A DNA stretch of 64,000 nt from Anaeramoeba ignava BMAN (lineage: Eukaryota > Protista > Anaeramoebae), in assembly GCA_028826165.1 (NCBI GenBank), contig JAPDFW010000022.1, positions 762,478-826,477 of the forward strand. Direction: 5' to 3'. The stretch's first letter is position 1. Each line of letters opens with the position of its first letter. This document shows positions 1 through 13,300 of the stretch, piece after piece. The position numbers were made by a program, and so were the translations under genes. Below the pieces are notes generated by a model that was given only the letters and a program-made list of their open reading frames with translations, did no database searches and was not told the origin of the DNA.

Positions 1-851
1 AATAACTTTGTTTTGAATATCAACTAAAAAAGATTTAGGAAAAAAATCAAATTGTTTTAATTTATCAAAATCTTGTTTTGAAATTGAATCTTTATCAAAT
101 AATGAAAAAAAAGAATGAAATAATCTTTTCTTTTCAATTCCCTTTTCTTTTTCTTTTTCTTTTTCTTTCTTTCCTTTTAATCTTTGATTTCTTTTTTCAA
201 TCCAATTATTTAAAAATTGAAAAAAATCAAATTGAAAAATTTCTTTTTTTTCTTGTTTAAATTGAATAAATTTGATAATTTCTTCTTTAGTTAAATTGAA
301 TAAATTTTCATTATTTTGAATTTGGGAAAAATTTTGATTTATTAATTCAAAACATTTTATTTCAATTTCATTTGAATTTAAATTTCGATTTTGGAATAAA
401 AATTGGAAAAAATTTGAATAATTAATTGAATTTAAAATTTTTTTTTGAATAATTTCTTTCAATAAATTTAATTTAAAATAAATTGAAATTTCCAATAATT
501 CAATAAAATTTTCTTGATTCTCAAAAGAAATATTTCCATAATAAATATAACTCAAAATTGATTCCATTTCTTTTTATTAAATTGATTTAAAAGAAATAGA
601 AAGAGATTCTTGCCTTAATGATTCATTAAAAAGGAGATCTTGAAGATAAAATTGATTTATGAACTTTAATTTCAAAAGGATTTGATTTATTCTCAACAAA
701 AATTGAAAAATCTTTAAATGAATTTCCATTTAAAAGGTTTGAATAATTTTTAATTAAATTTTTGTTACTTTTTCTAAATTTTTCATTTCATTTTCATTTT
801 GATTTTGATTTGCATTTTTTGAATTTGGTTATTATTATTATTATTATCCAT
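1..851 (-). CDS. BTB/POZ-BACK domain protein, runs off the left edge; several frameshifts (assembly error or pseudogene)
   Basis: Reverse-strand translation from ATG at 851, stitched across homopolymer indels: ...NYSNLLNGNSFKDFSIFVENKSNPFEIKVHKSILSSRSPFF...EMESILSYIYYGNI...LLEISIYFKLNLLKEII...INYSNF...KCFELINQNF. This carries the BTB signature (DF.I.V...VHK.IL..RS.FF) followed by BACK-like helices. It is absent from the ORF track. Confidence 0.75.
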
Positions 852-1244
852 TTTGTTTTTGTTTTTGTTTTTTGTTTTGTTTTTAAAAAGGAAAAATGAA
901 AAAAAATTTAAATAATAAAAATGAATAAAAAGTGGATTTTGAAAAAATAAATAAAAATATAAAAATGAGAATAAATTTAAATTAATAATTAATTTAATTT
1001 TCTTTTTAATTTATTATTTTAAATTAATTTATTAATAAATTATTATTATTTTTTATTAATTTTTATTATTAAAAAAAAGGAAAATTATTTTAATTTAATT
1101 TTTAATTTAATTTTTTTTTTGGAATTTAAAAATTATTAATAAATTTAAATTTTAAAACAAATTTCCAAATTAATATTAATTCAATTTAATTCAAAAAAAA
1201 AGATAAAATTTTAATTTCAAAAATCAATTTTCAAAATATTTTTA

Positions 1245-1900
1245 AACAATAAAATATTTAAATCTAAAAACAATAAATTATTATTTTAATAATAAAATTA
1301 AATATTAAATTATATTTTTAAATTAATTTATAAATTAAATATTAAATTAAATCTATTCTTAATTTTTATATTTATATGTTAAATATTTAAATAATAAAAT
1401 ATTTAAATCTAAAACATTAAATTATTATTTTAATAATAAAATTAAATATTAAATTATATTTTTAAATTGTTTTATTAATTAAATATTAAATTAAATCTAT
1501 TTTCATTTTTATATTTTATATGTTAAATATTTAAATAATAAAATATTTAAATCTAAAACATTAAATTATTATTTTAATAATAGAATTAATTTAGAAATTA
1601 TATTTTTAAATTAATTTATAAATTAAGTATTAAATTAAATCTATTCTTATTTTTATATTTATATGTTAAATATTTAAATAATAAAATATTTAAATCTAAA
1701 ACAATAAATTATTATTTTAATAATAAAATTAAATATTAAATTATATTTTTAAATTAATTTATAAATTAAATATTAAATTAAACCTATTCTTATTTTTTAT
1801 ATTTATATGTTAAATATTTAAATAATAAAATATTTAAACCTAAAGCAATAAATTATTATTTTAATAAAAATTAATTTAGAAATTATATTTTTAAATTTAA
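1245..1900. repeat. Intergenic tandem repeat, unit about 143 bp, about 4.5 copies
   Basis: The anchor AAATATTTAAA(T/C)CTAAA recurs near 1251, 1397, 1541, 1683 and 1828 with near-identical flanks. Confidence 0.85.
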
Positions 1901-1956
1901 TTTTGATTTTAATTTTGATTTTAATTTTAATTTTAATTTTAATTTTGATTTTAATT

Positions 1957-3723
1957 TTAATTTTGATTATGATTATTAAATTTGTTAATTAATAAATCAA
2001 ATAAATTTGGATTTGTTTGATTTAATTGAAAATAATCAATTCCAATTTGAATTTCATCAATTATTTGTTGTGTAATTTGAATTCCATCTTTAATTTGATT
2101 TGAATAAATCCAATATTCAAATATTTGAAATGATTTATTACTTAATTCACTATAATCTGTAACTTTATTTGATTTATCTTCTGTTACAGATAAAAACATT
2201 CCTCGATATAATTTACTTCTCATTATTAATATTAATTTTGGAAATTTATATTGTTTTTCTTTTCTTTCAATTATAAAATCTTTTTCATTTTCATTTTCAT
2301 TTTCATTTAAATAAATTCTTTTCATTGTTTCTTCAATTTTTTCATTTGAATTTATAATTTCTTTAATTTCAGAATATAATTTTGGATTTATTTTGGAATT
2401 GTTTGAATAAATCATTTCAAATATTTGATTTGATTCTTTAATTGATTTTTTTGAAATAATTTCTTGAAGTTTTTCAATTTCAATTTCATTTTGATTTAAT
2501 CTATATTTCAATATTAATTTATGAGCTTTGATTATTTCTCCATTTTCTGTTTTAAATGAAATATCACAAAATTCTTTTCTTTCAAATAATTTTATCAAAT
2601 CTTCTTCAAGATTGGAAAAAGAAGGAGGAGAATAATAAAGAAATGAATTGTTATATCTATAATTAACATGATAATTGGAAATATCTTCATTAAATCTTAA
2701 TTTAGGAAGTTCAATTTGAATTGGAATTAATTGATTATTTGTATTTCCATTTCCTAATTGACCAAATTCATTTCCAAATGTTATTAATTTCCCTTTGGAA
2801 GTTAAAATCAAAGCATTTTCATATCCACAAGAAAAATCAAGAATATTATCATTTTCAAATAAAGATGATTTGATTTCAGTAAATTCATTAGTAATTTTAT
2901 TTTTACCAAGTCCATTATATACACAATATCCACATGAATAAAGTTTTCTTTTTGGATTTCGATTTTCATCTTCTTCTTCAATCAACATTATTGAATGATT
3001 TAATTCACATTGAATATCAATTATTTTACCTTTTGGAATATTTTGTATTTTGGTTAATTTTCGGACTCCTTTTCTTATTGTTATTGATTCTGGTAATGCA
3101 ACTTGATTAGTTTCATTATATCCGCATCCAAATAATTCTTGATTTGAATTTAAAAGAAAAACATAATAAGAAGAAATTCCTGAAAATATTTTAGAAACAT
3201 TTTTCATCATTAAAATTGGTTTTTCTGTTTTATAAAGTGTTTCAGAATCAAAACCAAGTTGTCCATATTCATTTGAACCAATTCCATAAACATTTTGATT
3301 TGAACTTAATAAGTAAATTGTATTATATCCAGAAACAATATCTTCAATTATTCTATCATTTGTATCTTCAATTAATGATGAAATATTGATAAATTCATCT
3401 GGATTTTGTGGATCTATATATTCTCCTTTGGCAAATACATTTCCTTCTATTGTTAAAATAGTTGTATTGTAAGCACCAACAGTTACTTTTTGAATATTTT
3501 CAATTTGGATTTTATGAGGATTTTGAATTGAATATTCTGAATATTCGATTGCTTTTCCATTTTCAAAAAGTAAAATTATTGAAAAATTTCCTGTTGCAAT
3601 TTGTTTAACTTCATTTTCATTTTCATTTTCATTTTCAAATTGAATTAATTTTGCTATTTCATCTGGTTTATTTTTTATACGTATTGGTTTTTCATTTAAA
3701 TTAAAAAATAAAAAATTTTTCAT
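1957..3723 (-). CDS. RCC1-repeat plus tandem BTB domain protein (intronless, 588 aa)
   Basis: RCC1-like repeats (VYGIGSNEYGQLG, FGCGYN, YSCGY, FGNEFGQLGNG). The C-terminal part has FCDISF...IKAHKLILKYR and KDFII...FPKLILIMRSKLYRGMF BTB folds. Confidence 0.88.
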   Translation of the reverse strand: MKNFLFFNLNEKPIRIKNKPDEIAKLIQFENENENENEVKQIATGNFSIILLFENGKAIEYSEYSIQNPHKIQIENIQKVTVGAYNTTILTIEGNVFAKGEYIDPQNPDEFINISSLIEDTNDRIIEDIVSGYNTIYLLSSNQNVYGIGSNEYGQLGFDSETLYKTEKPILMMKNVSKIFSGISSYYVFLLNSNQELFGCGYNETNQVALPESITIRKGVRKLTKIQNIPKGKIIDIQCELNHSIMLIEEEDENRNPKRKLYSCGYCVYNGLGKNKITNEFTEIKSSLFENDNILDFSCGYENALILTSKGKLITFGNEFGQLGNGNTNNQLIPIQIELPKLRFNEDISNYHVNYRYNNSFLYYSPPSFSNLEEDLIKLFERKEFCDISFKTENGEIIKAHKLILKYRLNQNEIEIEKLQEIISKKSIKESNQIFEMIYSNNSKINPKLYSEIKEIINSNEKIEETMKRIYLNENENENEKDFIIERKEKQYKFPKLILIMRSKLYRGMFLSVTEDKSNKVTDYSELSNKSFQIFEYWIYSNQIKDGIQITQQIIDEIQIGIDYFQLNQTNPNLFDLLINKFNNHNQN

Positions 3724-3816
3724 TTTAGAAAAGAAAAAAATGAAAAAAATGTTTTCGTTAAATTTTTTAATTTCAATTTTTCATTTTTTTCTTGTTTTCT
3801 TGTTTTCTTTATTATT

Positions 3817-6800
3817 ATGGTTTTAGTTCAAATTAAAAATCTTTTTCAATTTTTTCAAAATTTAGTTAATTCTCAAGAAAAACAACCAATTTTAATTTTT
3901 GTTGCACCAGATTGTGATTCTATTTGTTCTTGTAAAATTCTTTCTGTAAATTTCCATTTCAAATCAAAATTAAAATTCAAAATACAAATTCAAACTTAAA
4001 TTCAAAATTTAAAACAAAATTCAAATTAAAATTAAATTCAAAATTAAAATTCAAATTCAATTTAAATTAAAATTCAAATTCAATTTAAATTAAAATTTAA
4101 ATTCAAATTCAAATTCAAATCAAAATTCAAAATCAAATTCAAATCAAAAATCAAATTCAAAAATTAAATTTAAAATTCAAATCAAAATCAAAAACAAAAT
4201 TCAAAATCAAATTCAAATTCAAATTCAAATTAAAATTAATATTAAAATCAAAATTAAAATTCAAAATCAAAAATTCAAAATTAAAATTAAAATTAAAATT
4301 AATATTAAAATCAATTCAAAATTAAAATTCAATTCAAATTAAATTCAATTCAAAATTTAAATTAAAATTCAAATACAAATTAAAATCAAAATTAAAATTA
4401 AAATTAATATTAAAATCAAAATCAAAATCAAATCAAATTAAAATTTAAATCTAAAAGTTTCTATTTCAAACAGAAATGATCTCATATTCAATTCAACCAG
4501 TTGAAGGATATGATGAAATTGAAGAAATTACAAGTAAACTTCGAGATTCAGGAATTGTAAAAAAATTTTAAAAGAAAAAAAAAAGCGAATAACTTTTAAT
4601 AAACTTCATATACAAATAACAAATAAAAAAATTTTATCAACAGATAAATCAAACAATCATTTGCATTAATTGTGGAGGAAATTCAGATATTTATAAATTT
4701 TCCAATTCAGAACTTGATTGGAAATTCTTTATTTTTGATTCACATCGACCAATCCATTTAGAAAATGTTTTCTCCAAAGATCAAGTATATGTTTTTGATG
4801 ATGGTTCAATTCAATTAGCAATTCCAACACTTGAACCAGTAAATACTGAATTGATTTCACCATTTTTATCTAAAGAATTAGAGGAGGATTTATCATTTGA
4901 AAATGATGAAGATTTAGAAGATTCTGATTTTTCTGATATTGAAAATAATGAAAATATTGAAAATATTGAAAATTTAAGTGAAAATAATGAAAATAATGAA
5001 AATAATGAAAATATTGAAAATATTGAAAATTTAAGTGAAAATGAACAAAATTCTGATGATTTTGAACAAGAAATTATTTCTGTCAAACGAAGAAGAAAAA
5101 AAAAACCGAAAAAAAAAGATCAAAAAACAATGAAAATTTCTCCACTTATTGAAAATGATGAAGTTATTTCAGAATTAGATAAATATAAGAAAAATAAGAC
5201 TAATATTGAGAAGTATTATTCAACAACAACTTATGGATTAAGTACTTCCGTTATGCTTTATACTTTATCAACTCAACTTAATCGTAAAAATCCAAAATTG
5301 CTTTGGTTTGCAATTCTTGGGTTAACAGAGCATTATTTATTAGAGAAAATTGGACATAGAGATTATTTAGAAATTGTAAAAGATTTTCAAGAAGAAGTTA
5401 GTTATTATTTTCCTGTGAATAATCCTGAAAAATCACAATCTTTAGATAGTTTAAGATTTGGAGATGAGTAATTTTATTTGGAAATTCATTTATAAAATTA
5501 AAATTATAATTAAAATTAATTTGAAATTAATTTATAAAATTAAAATTGAAATTAATTTATAAAATTTAAAAAATTAAAATTGAAAATTATAAATTTATAA
5601 AATTGAAATTCATTTATAAAATTAAAATTAAAATTCATTTATAAAATTAAAATTAAAATTAAAATTCATTTATAAAATTAAAATTAATTTGAAATTAAAA
5701 TTCATTTATAAAATTAAAATTAAAATTCATTTATAAAATTAAAATTAAAATTATCCTTTTTATTATATTTATAAAAAAAAAAAGATACCGCCTTATGCTT
5801 TTTAGACATTGGAATATCTATGAAAGTATGCTACATTCTTCTTTTGTTGCTAGTAGATTGGGAGTTTGGAAAGAATCAGGATTTTCTAATCTTAATGTTA
5901 TGTTAGCCAAAATGGGACTTCCATTAGATGAATGCAAACAAGATTATCAATCAATGAATTTGAAACTAAAAGAACAACTTCCACAAACATTCCGCAAATT
6001 TGCACCACAATTTGGTTTAAAAGGATTAATTTTCCCATCATTTTTTAAGAAATCAGCTTATGATGTTGAAGTTACTGCTTCGGATATTGTTTATTTAATC
6101 ACATCTTTGATTGAATCAGCACATTTAAATATTCCTCAAATTTCTGATATAAATAAAAATTTCAATTCAAATGAATTTTCAACTCAAAATGAATTCTCAA
6201 CTCAAAATGATTTCAAAATGGAAAATTTTTGGAAAGCTTATGATTCTCTTTCAAATTGTTCAAGTGATCTTTTTAAAAATGGAATTCAGTTGGCTATTCG
6301 TATTCAAAAACAAATTGTTTCTGAAGGAATTAATTTAATTGAAAGACATTCAATCGTTTCTTCTCGTTCATTCAGACATGCTTATTTAACAGAATTATCA
6401 GGAGATCGTTTGTTCTTTAAAAGTGCAACTAATTTATCAAAACTTGGACATTTTCTTATTGATATTTTTCGAGTAAATTTATTTAAAAATTTATTTAAAG
6501 ATTTATTTCAAAATCGGATAAAAATTTATTTAAAAGTTTATTTAAAAATCGGATAAAAATTTATTTAAAGATTTATTTCAAAATCGGATAAAAATTTATT
6601 TAAAAATTTATTTAAAATATTTATTTTAAAAATTTATTTAAAAATTTATTTAAAATATTTATTTAAAAATTTATTTAAATATTTATTTAAAAATTTATTT
6701 CAAAATATATTTAAAAATTTATTTAAAAATTTATTTAAATATTTATTTCAAAATCGGATAAAAATTTATTTAAAATATTTATTTAAAAATCTATTTAAAA

Positions 6801-7975
6801 ATTTATTTCAAAATATATTTAAAAATTTATTTAATAATTTATTTAAAAATTTATTTAAAAATTTATTTAAAAATTTATTTAAAAATTTATTTAAAAATTT
6901 ATTTAAAAAATTTATTAAAAAATTTATTTAAAAATCGGATAAAAATTATTTAAAATATTTATTTAAAAATTTATTTAAAATATTTATTTAAATATTTATT
7001 TAAAATATTTATTTAAAAATCGGATAAAAATTTATTTAAAATATTTATTTAAAAATTTATTTCAAAAATATATTTAAAAAATTTATTTAATAATTTATTT
7101 AAAAGTTTATTTAAAAATTTATTTAAAAATTTATTTAAAAATCGATAAAATTTATTTAAAATTTATTTCTTTAAAAATCGGATAAAAATTTATTTAAAAA
7201 TTTATTTAAAAATCGGATAAAAATTTATTTAAAAATTTATTTAAAAATTTATTTAAAAGATTTATTTAAATATTTATTTAAATATTTATTTAAAAAATCG
7301 GATTTAAAAATTTATTTAAAAATTTATTTAAAAATTTATTTAAATATTTATTTAAAAAATATTTATTTCAAAATCTATTTAAAAATTTATTTAAAAATTT
7401 ATTTAAATATTTATTTAAAAATTTATTTAAAAATTTATTTAAAAATTTATTTAAATATTTATTTAAAATATTTATTTAAATATTTATTTCAAAATCGGAT
7501 AAAAATTTATTTAAAAATTTATTTAAAAATTTATTTAAAAATTTATTTAAAAATTTATTTAAAAATTTATTTAAAAATTTATTTAAAAATTTATTTAAAA
7601 ATTTATTTAAATATTTATTTAAAAATTTATTAAAAAAATTAGCAATCAAAAAAAGAAGTCAAACCTTTAATTTTATCTTCTTTAATTAAAGAACAAAATA
7701 TTTATCTTGTTGTTGGTGTTTCTGGAACTCGTAGTTTTGGAGATATTTCAAGAAAGTAAAGAATAAATTTTTATTATTGATCTTTTTTAAAGAAAATTTA
7801 AATCTTTTTATTTTATTTTTTGTTGTTGTTTAGTAAATTTGGTCAAGCTTTTCTTAATGCAGCAACTCAAATAAAAGCACAAATTAAAAGAGATCGTTTT
7901 GAATCATCTGTTATGGAAATTTCAATTGAAAATATGAAGAATTTTATGCAAGTTCTTCATACTTTACTTAATTAA
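3817..7975 (+). CDS. CDC45: DNA replication initiation factor Cdc45 (6 exons: 3817-3945, 4458-4556, 4644-5467, 5785-6472, 7643-7755, 7834-7975)
   Basis: Spliced translation gives ILIFVAPDCDSICSCKIL, INCGG, FIFDSHRPIHLENV, an acidic insert, LWFAILGLT, EYRLMLFRHWNIYESMLHS, LAKMGLPL and NKFGQAF, all Cdc45 motifs. All introns are GT-AG and the frames are consistent. Confidence 0.95.
6473..7642 (+). repeat. CDC45 intron filled with an ~13-bp satellite (ATTTATTTAAAAA, variant AAATCGGATAAAA)
   Basis: Direct inspection; bounded by GT at 6473 and AG at 7641-7642. Confidence 0.9.
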
Positions 7976-8082
7976 TTAATTAATTAATTTTAATTGTAAA
8001 AAAAATTTTTTTTTTTAGAAGAATTTTTTTATTTTTTTTGCTTTTTTTTTTCATTTTTTTTTTTCATTTTTTTCCTTTCAAA

Positions 8083-8906
8083 ATGAATTCACAAGATAAT
8101 GAAATTAAAATAAAACAAGAAAAACCTAAAATATTTATATTTCAAGATAATGGTTATGTTTGGGATCTTGAAAGTAAAATTTCCTTTTAAATCAATTTAC
8201 GAAAAATTTTTTTTTTTTGCTTTCTTTTCTTTTAAAAATTCTTTTTTGAAAATAAAATGTTTATTTACCAGGTTTAAAAATTTTGAGAGAAAAACATCGC
8301 ATTCTTGGCTCATTTCTTGGAACAACACCCCAATATCATTCTCAAAATGAATTTTTGGTTTTTCCAGTTCTTTTAATGAAAGAAGAACTTTTTCTTTGTG
8401 TTTCCAATGATTGGGTTGATTTATTTGAATGGGAAAAAAATGGATTGATCAAACAATTTGAAAATTTCGAAGAAGATGAATTCCAAGTCAAACGGTTAAA
8501 AACAACAAGTTCATCTTTAATTGAAATCAAAACGACAAATGAAAACAAAACATATTCGAAAATTTCAAAAGAAAAAATTGGTTTTTTTAAATCAAAAGAA
8601 GAAAAAATGAGAGCAATTATTTTTCGCGATCTTTGGCAAAGAGGTTATTTTATAAGTTCTGGATTGAAATTTGGTGGAGATTATCTTTTGTATCCAAATG
8701 ATCCAGGTAAATTCCATGCTAGTCACATTGTAAAAGTAGTTTCTTCAGAAAACGTTTTAACTCCAAAATATTTGATTAGTTCTGGAAGACTTGGAACTTC
8801 TGTTAATAAAAAAGTTATTTTCGCTTCTGTTGATTTTTCTGATGAGAATAATGAAAAAAATTGTTTTCCCAAATATCTCTCTTTTAATTGGGCAGGCAAA
8901 ATGTAA
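8083..8906 (+). CDS. TSEN34: tRNA-splicing endonuclease catalytic subunit Sen34 (exons 8083-8173, 8272-8906)
   Basis: VWDLE|S..LREKHRILGSFLGT.PQ..SQN..L.FPVLLM.EE and IFRDLWQRGYFISSGLKFGGDYLLYPNDPGKFHASH...GRLGTSVNKK, with the Tyr/His/Lys catalytic residues present. Confidence 0.92.
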
Positions 8907-9069
8907 AACAAAAAAACAAGAGAAATTATTCAAAATTGAGCAAAATTTTTATTTTTATTTTTTAATCCAATTTTGATGAATTTTTTTAAATTTAATTAAA
9001 ATTCAATTATTCGATTTACGTTCTTTTTGGATTTATTTTTTAAAAATAGTTTTTTTTTTTAAAAAGAAA

Positions 9070-10110
9070 AAGAATTTCTTAAACAAATATTGAGTTTGAG
9101 TTGGAATTGAAAAATAAAAAGGAAAAAGAAATCTTAAAAAATATTGAGATTGAGTTGGAATTGAAAAAATAAAAGGAAAGGAAATCTTAAAGAATATTAA
9201 GATATTTAAATTAAGATTTCAATTCAAATTTAAAAAAGAAATCTTAAAGAATATTGAGATATTTCAATTAAGATTTCAAATCAAATTTAAAATTTAAAAA
9301 AAGGAAATCTTAAAGAATATTGAGATATTTCAATTCAAATTTAAAAAGGAAATCTTAAAGAATATTGAGATATTTCAATTCAAATTTGAAATCAAATTCA
9401 AATTTAAAAAGGAAATCTTAAAAAATATTGAGATATTTCAATTAAGATTTAAATTCAAATTTAAAAAGGAAATCTTAAAGAATATTGAGATATTTCAATT
9501 TAAATTTAAAAAGGAAATCTTAAAGAATATTAAGATATTTCAATTCAAATTTAAAATCAAATTTAAAATCAAATTTAAAAGGAAAGGAATTTCTTAAACA
9601 AATATTGAGTTTGAGTTGGAATTGAAAAATAAAAGGAAAGGAAATCTTAAAGGATATTGAGATATTTCAATTCAGATTTAAAAAGGAAAAGAATTTCTTA
9701 AACAAATATTGAGTTTGAGTTGAAATTGAAAAAAAAAAGGAAAAGGAAATCTTAAAGAATATTGAGATATTTCAATTCAAATTTAAAATAAAATTTAAAA
9801 AAAAAAGAGGAAAAGATATTTCTTAAACAAAAAGGAAGTTTGAATATTGAGATATTGAAAAATTAAAAAGAAAAATCTTAAAAATCTTAAAGAATATTTC
9901 AATTCAAATTTAAAATCAAATTTAAAATCAAATTTAAAAAGAAATCTTAAACAAAAGAGTTTAGTTGGAATTGAAAAAAAAAAGGAAAGGAAATCTTAAA
10001 GAATATTGAGATATTTCAATTCAAATTTAAAAAAGAAATCTTAAAGAATATTGAGATATTTAAATTAAGATTTAAAATCAAATTTAAAAAGAAAAAGAAT
10101 TTCTTAAAGA
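9070..10110. repeat. Complex intergenic minisatellite built from 40-60 bp modules (AAGGAAATCTTAAAGAATATTGAGATATTTCAATTCAAATTT; TTGAGTTGGAATTGAAAA)
   Basis: The modules recur more than 15 times in shuffled order. Confidence 0.85.
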
Positions 10111-10304
10111 ATATTAATTATATCTCTTAAAAATACAATTTATTTTTTTAAGAGATTTTTTACTTAATTTTTATTTTTAATTTTAAATAAAAATCAACAA
10201 AAAAATTTTTTCCATTTTTTTCTTTTCTTTTCTTTCTTATTTTCTTTCTTCTTTTCTTTTTTTTTGGTTTTGATTTTAACGAAAAAAAGAAAAATCAAAT
10301 TTAA

Positions 10305-13300
10305 ATGAAAATATTTTATTATTTTTTCCTATTTCTTTTTATTCAAATTTTAACAACAAAACCATTTACTCCACCAATTTATGAATTAAATCTAAGTCTT
10401 GGACCATATGATCGATGGAAAACAATTTTATCACATTATTCACAATCAAATTTCAATGTGATGAAAAATTTTTTAACTTCACTTCCTACTTCAACTCAAC
10501 AAACCTTTGATTCTTATTGGAATTCATATTTTACAAATCATGTTGGAGATATTTTTGGAAGTGAGATTTATCTTGAAATACAATATATTAGTTTTGTTAC
10601 CAATTTATCAATTAAAGAGGTTTTTGAATTGAATATTCTTTATGAATTGGAAACTTTTTGTAGTGTTTTGATTGGTGTTAATGATAATGGTGTTCCTTGG
10701 TTGGGTTATAATCAGGAATCTGATGACCATAATTCTATTAGAAATCTTGCTATGTTGTTGAAAGTTACAAAAAGTGGTTCTACTTTGTTTTATGGTTTAA
10801 CTTATCCGGGGTATTTTTTTAATTCAAATTCAAATATAATTTCAAATTTATATCAAATTTATATCAAATTTATATCAAATCTATTTCAAATTTATATCAA
10901 ATTTATATCAAATTTAAATCAAATTTATATTAAATTTATATCAAATTTATATCAAATTTAAATCAAATTTATATTAAATTTATATCAAATTTATATCAAA
11001 TTTAAATCAAATTTATATCAAATTTATATCAAATTTATATCAAATTTAAATCAGATTTATATCAAATTTATATCAAATTTAAATCAAATTTATATCAAAT
11101 TTATATCAAATTTATATCAAATTTAAATCAAATTTATATCAAATTTATATCAAATTTATATCAAATTTATATTAAATTTATATCAAATTTATATCAAATT
11201 TAAATCAAATTTATATCAAATTTATATCAAATTTATATCAAATTTATATCAAATTTATATCAAATTTATATCAAATTTAAATCAAATTTAAATCAAATTT
11301 AAATCAAATTTAAATCAAATTTAAATCAAATTTAAATCAAATTTAAATCAAATTTAAATCAAATTTATATCAAATTTAAATCAAATTTATATCAAATTTA
11401 TATCAAATTTATATTAAATTTATATCAAATTTATATTAAATTTAAATCAAATTTATATCAAATTTATATCAAATTTATATTAAATTTAAATCAAATTTAT
11501 ATCAAATTTAAATCAAATTTAAATCAAATTTAAATCAAATTTAAATCAAATTTATATCAAATTTATATCAAATTTATATCAAATTTATATCAAATTTATA
11601 TTAAATTTAAATCAAATTTATATTAAATCTATATTAAATCTATATCAAATTTATATTAAATTTAAATCAAATTTATATCAAATTTATATCAAATTTAAAT
11701 CAAATTTATATCAAATTTATATCAAATTTAAATCAAATTTAAATCAAATTTATATTAAATTTATATCAAATTTATATCAAATTTATATCAAATTTATATC
11801 AAATTTAAATCAAATTCATATCAAATTTATATCAAATCTATTTCAAATTTATATCAAATTTATATCAAATTTATATCAAATTTAAATCAAATTTATATCA
11901 AATTTATATCAAATCTATTTCAAATTTATATCAAATTTATATCAAATTTATATCAAATTTATATCAAATTTATATCAAATTTATATCAAATTTATATCAA
12001 ATTTATATCAAATTTTATATCAAATCTATTTCAAATTTATATCAAATTTTAAATCAAATTTATATCAAATTTAAATCAAAATTTATATCAAATTTAAATC
12101 AAATTTATATCAAATTTTATATTAAATTTAAATCAGATTTAAATTAAATTTATATCAAATTTATATCAAATTTATATCAAAATTTATATCAAATTTAAAT
12201 TAAATTTATATCAAATTTATATCAAATTTATATCAAATTTATATCAAATTTATATTAAATTTATATCAAATTTATATCAAATTTATATCAAATTCAAAAT
12301 CAAATTTATATCAAATTTAAATCAAATTTATATCAAATTTATATCAAATTTATATCAAATTTATATCAAATTTAAATCAAATTCAAATCAAATTTATATT
12401 AAATTTATATCAAATTTATATCAAATTTATATTAAATTTAAATCAAATTTATATTAAATCTATATTAAATCTATATCAAAATTTAAATCAAATTTATATC
12501 AAATTTAAATCAAATTTATATCAAATTTAAATCAAATTTAAATCAAATTTAAATCAAATTTTAAATCAAATTTATATTCATATCAAATTATATCAAATTT
12601 TATATCAAATTTATATCAAATTTAAATCAAATTTATATTAAATTTTAAATCAGATTTATATCAAATTTATATCAAATTTAAATCAAATTTATATCAAATT
12701 TATATCAAATTTAAATCAAATTTATATCAAATTTAAATCAAATTTATATCAAATTTAAATCAAATTTATATCAAATTTAAATCAAATTTATATCAAATTT
12801 ATATCAAATTTAAATCAAATTTATATCAAATTTATATCAAATTTATATCAAATTTATATCAAATTTAAATCAAATCTATATCAAATTCAAATCAAATTTA
12901 TATCAAATTTAAATCAAATTTATATCAAATTTAAATCAAATTTATATCAAATTTATATCAAATTTATATCAAATTTAAATCAAATTTATATCAAATTTAT
13001 ATTAAATTTAAATAAAATTTATATCAAATTTATATTAAATTCAAATCAAATTTATATTAAATTTATATCAAATTTATATCAAATTTAAATTAAATTTATA
13101 TCAAATTTATATCAAATTTAAATAAAATTTAAATCAAATTTAAATCAAATTTAAATCAAATTTATATTAAATTCAAATCAATTTGATATTAAAATCAAAA
13201 AAGTCTTTTTGGAGTATTTTCAATATACAGAAATTCAAGTTTTGCAGCAGCATATACAACAAGAAACATATCAACAGGAACACTTAGTGGAAATTTACTA

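Noticed and set aside
1-851. Calling the BTB-BACK, ZYP1-like, RPAP1 or SNX9-like genes pseudogenes or programmed frameshifts
   Set aside because: The indels fall mostly in homopolymer runs and cluster at the window ends, as expected from long-read consensus errors; raw reads are needed to decide.
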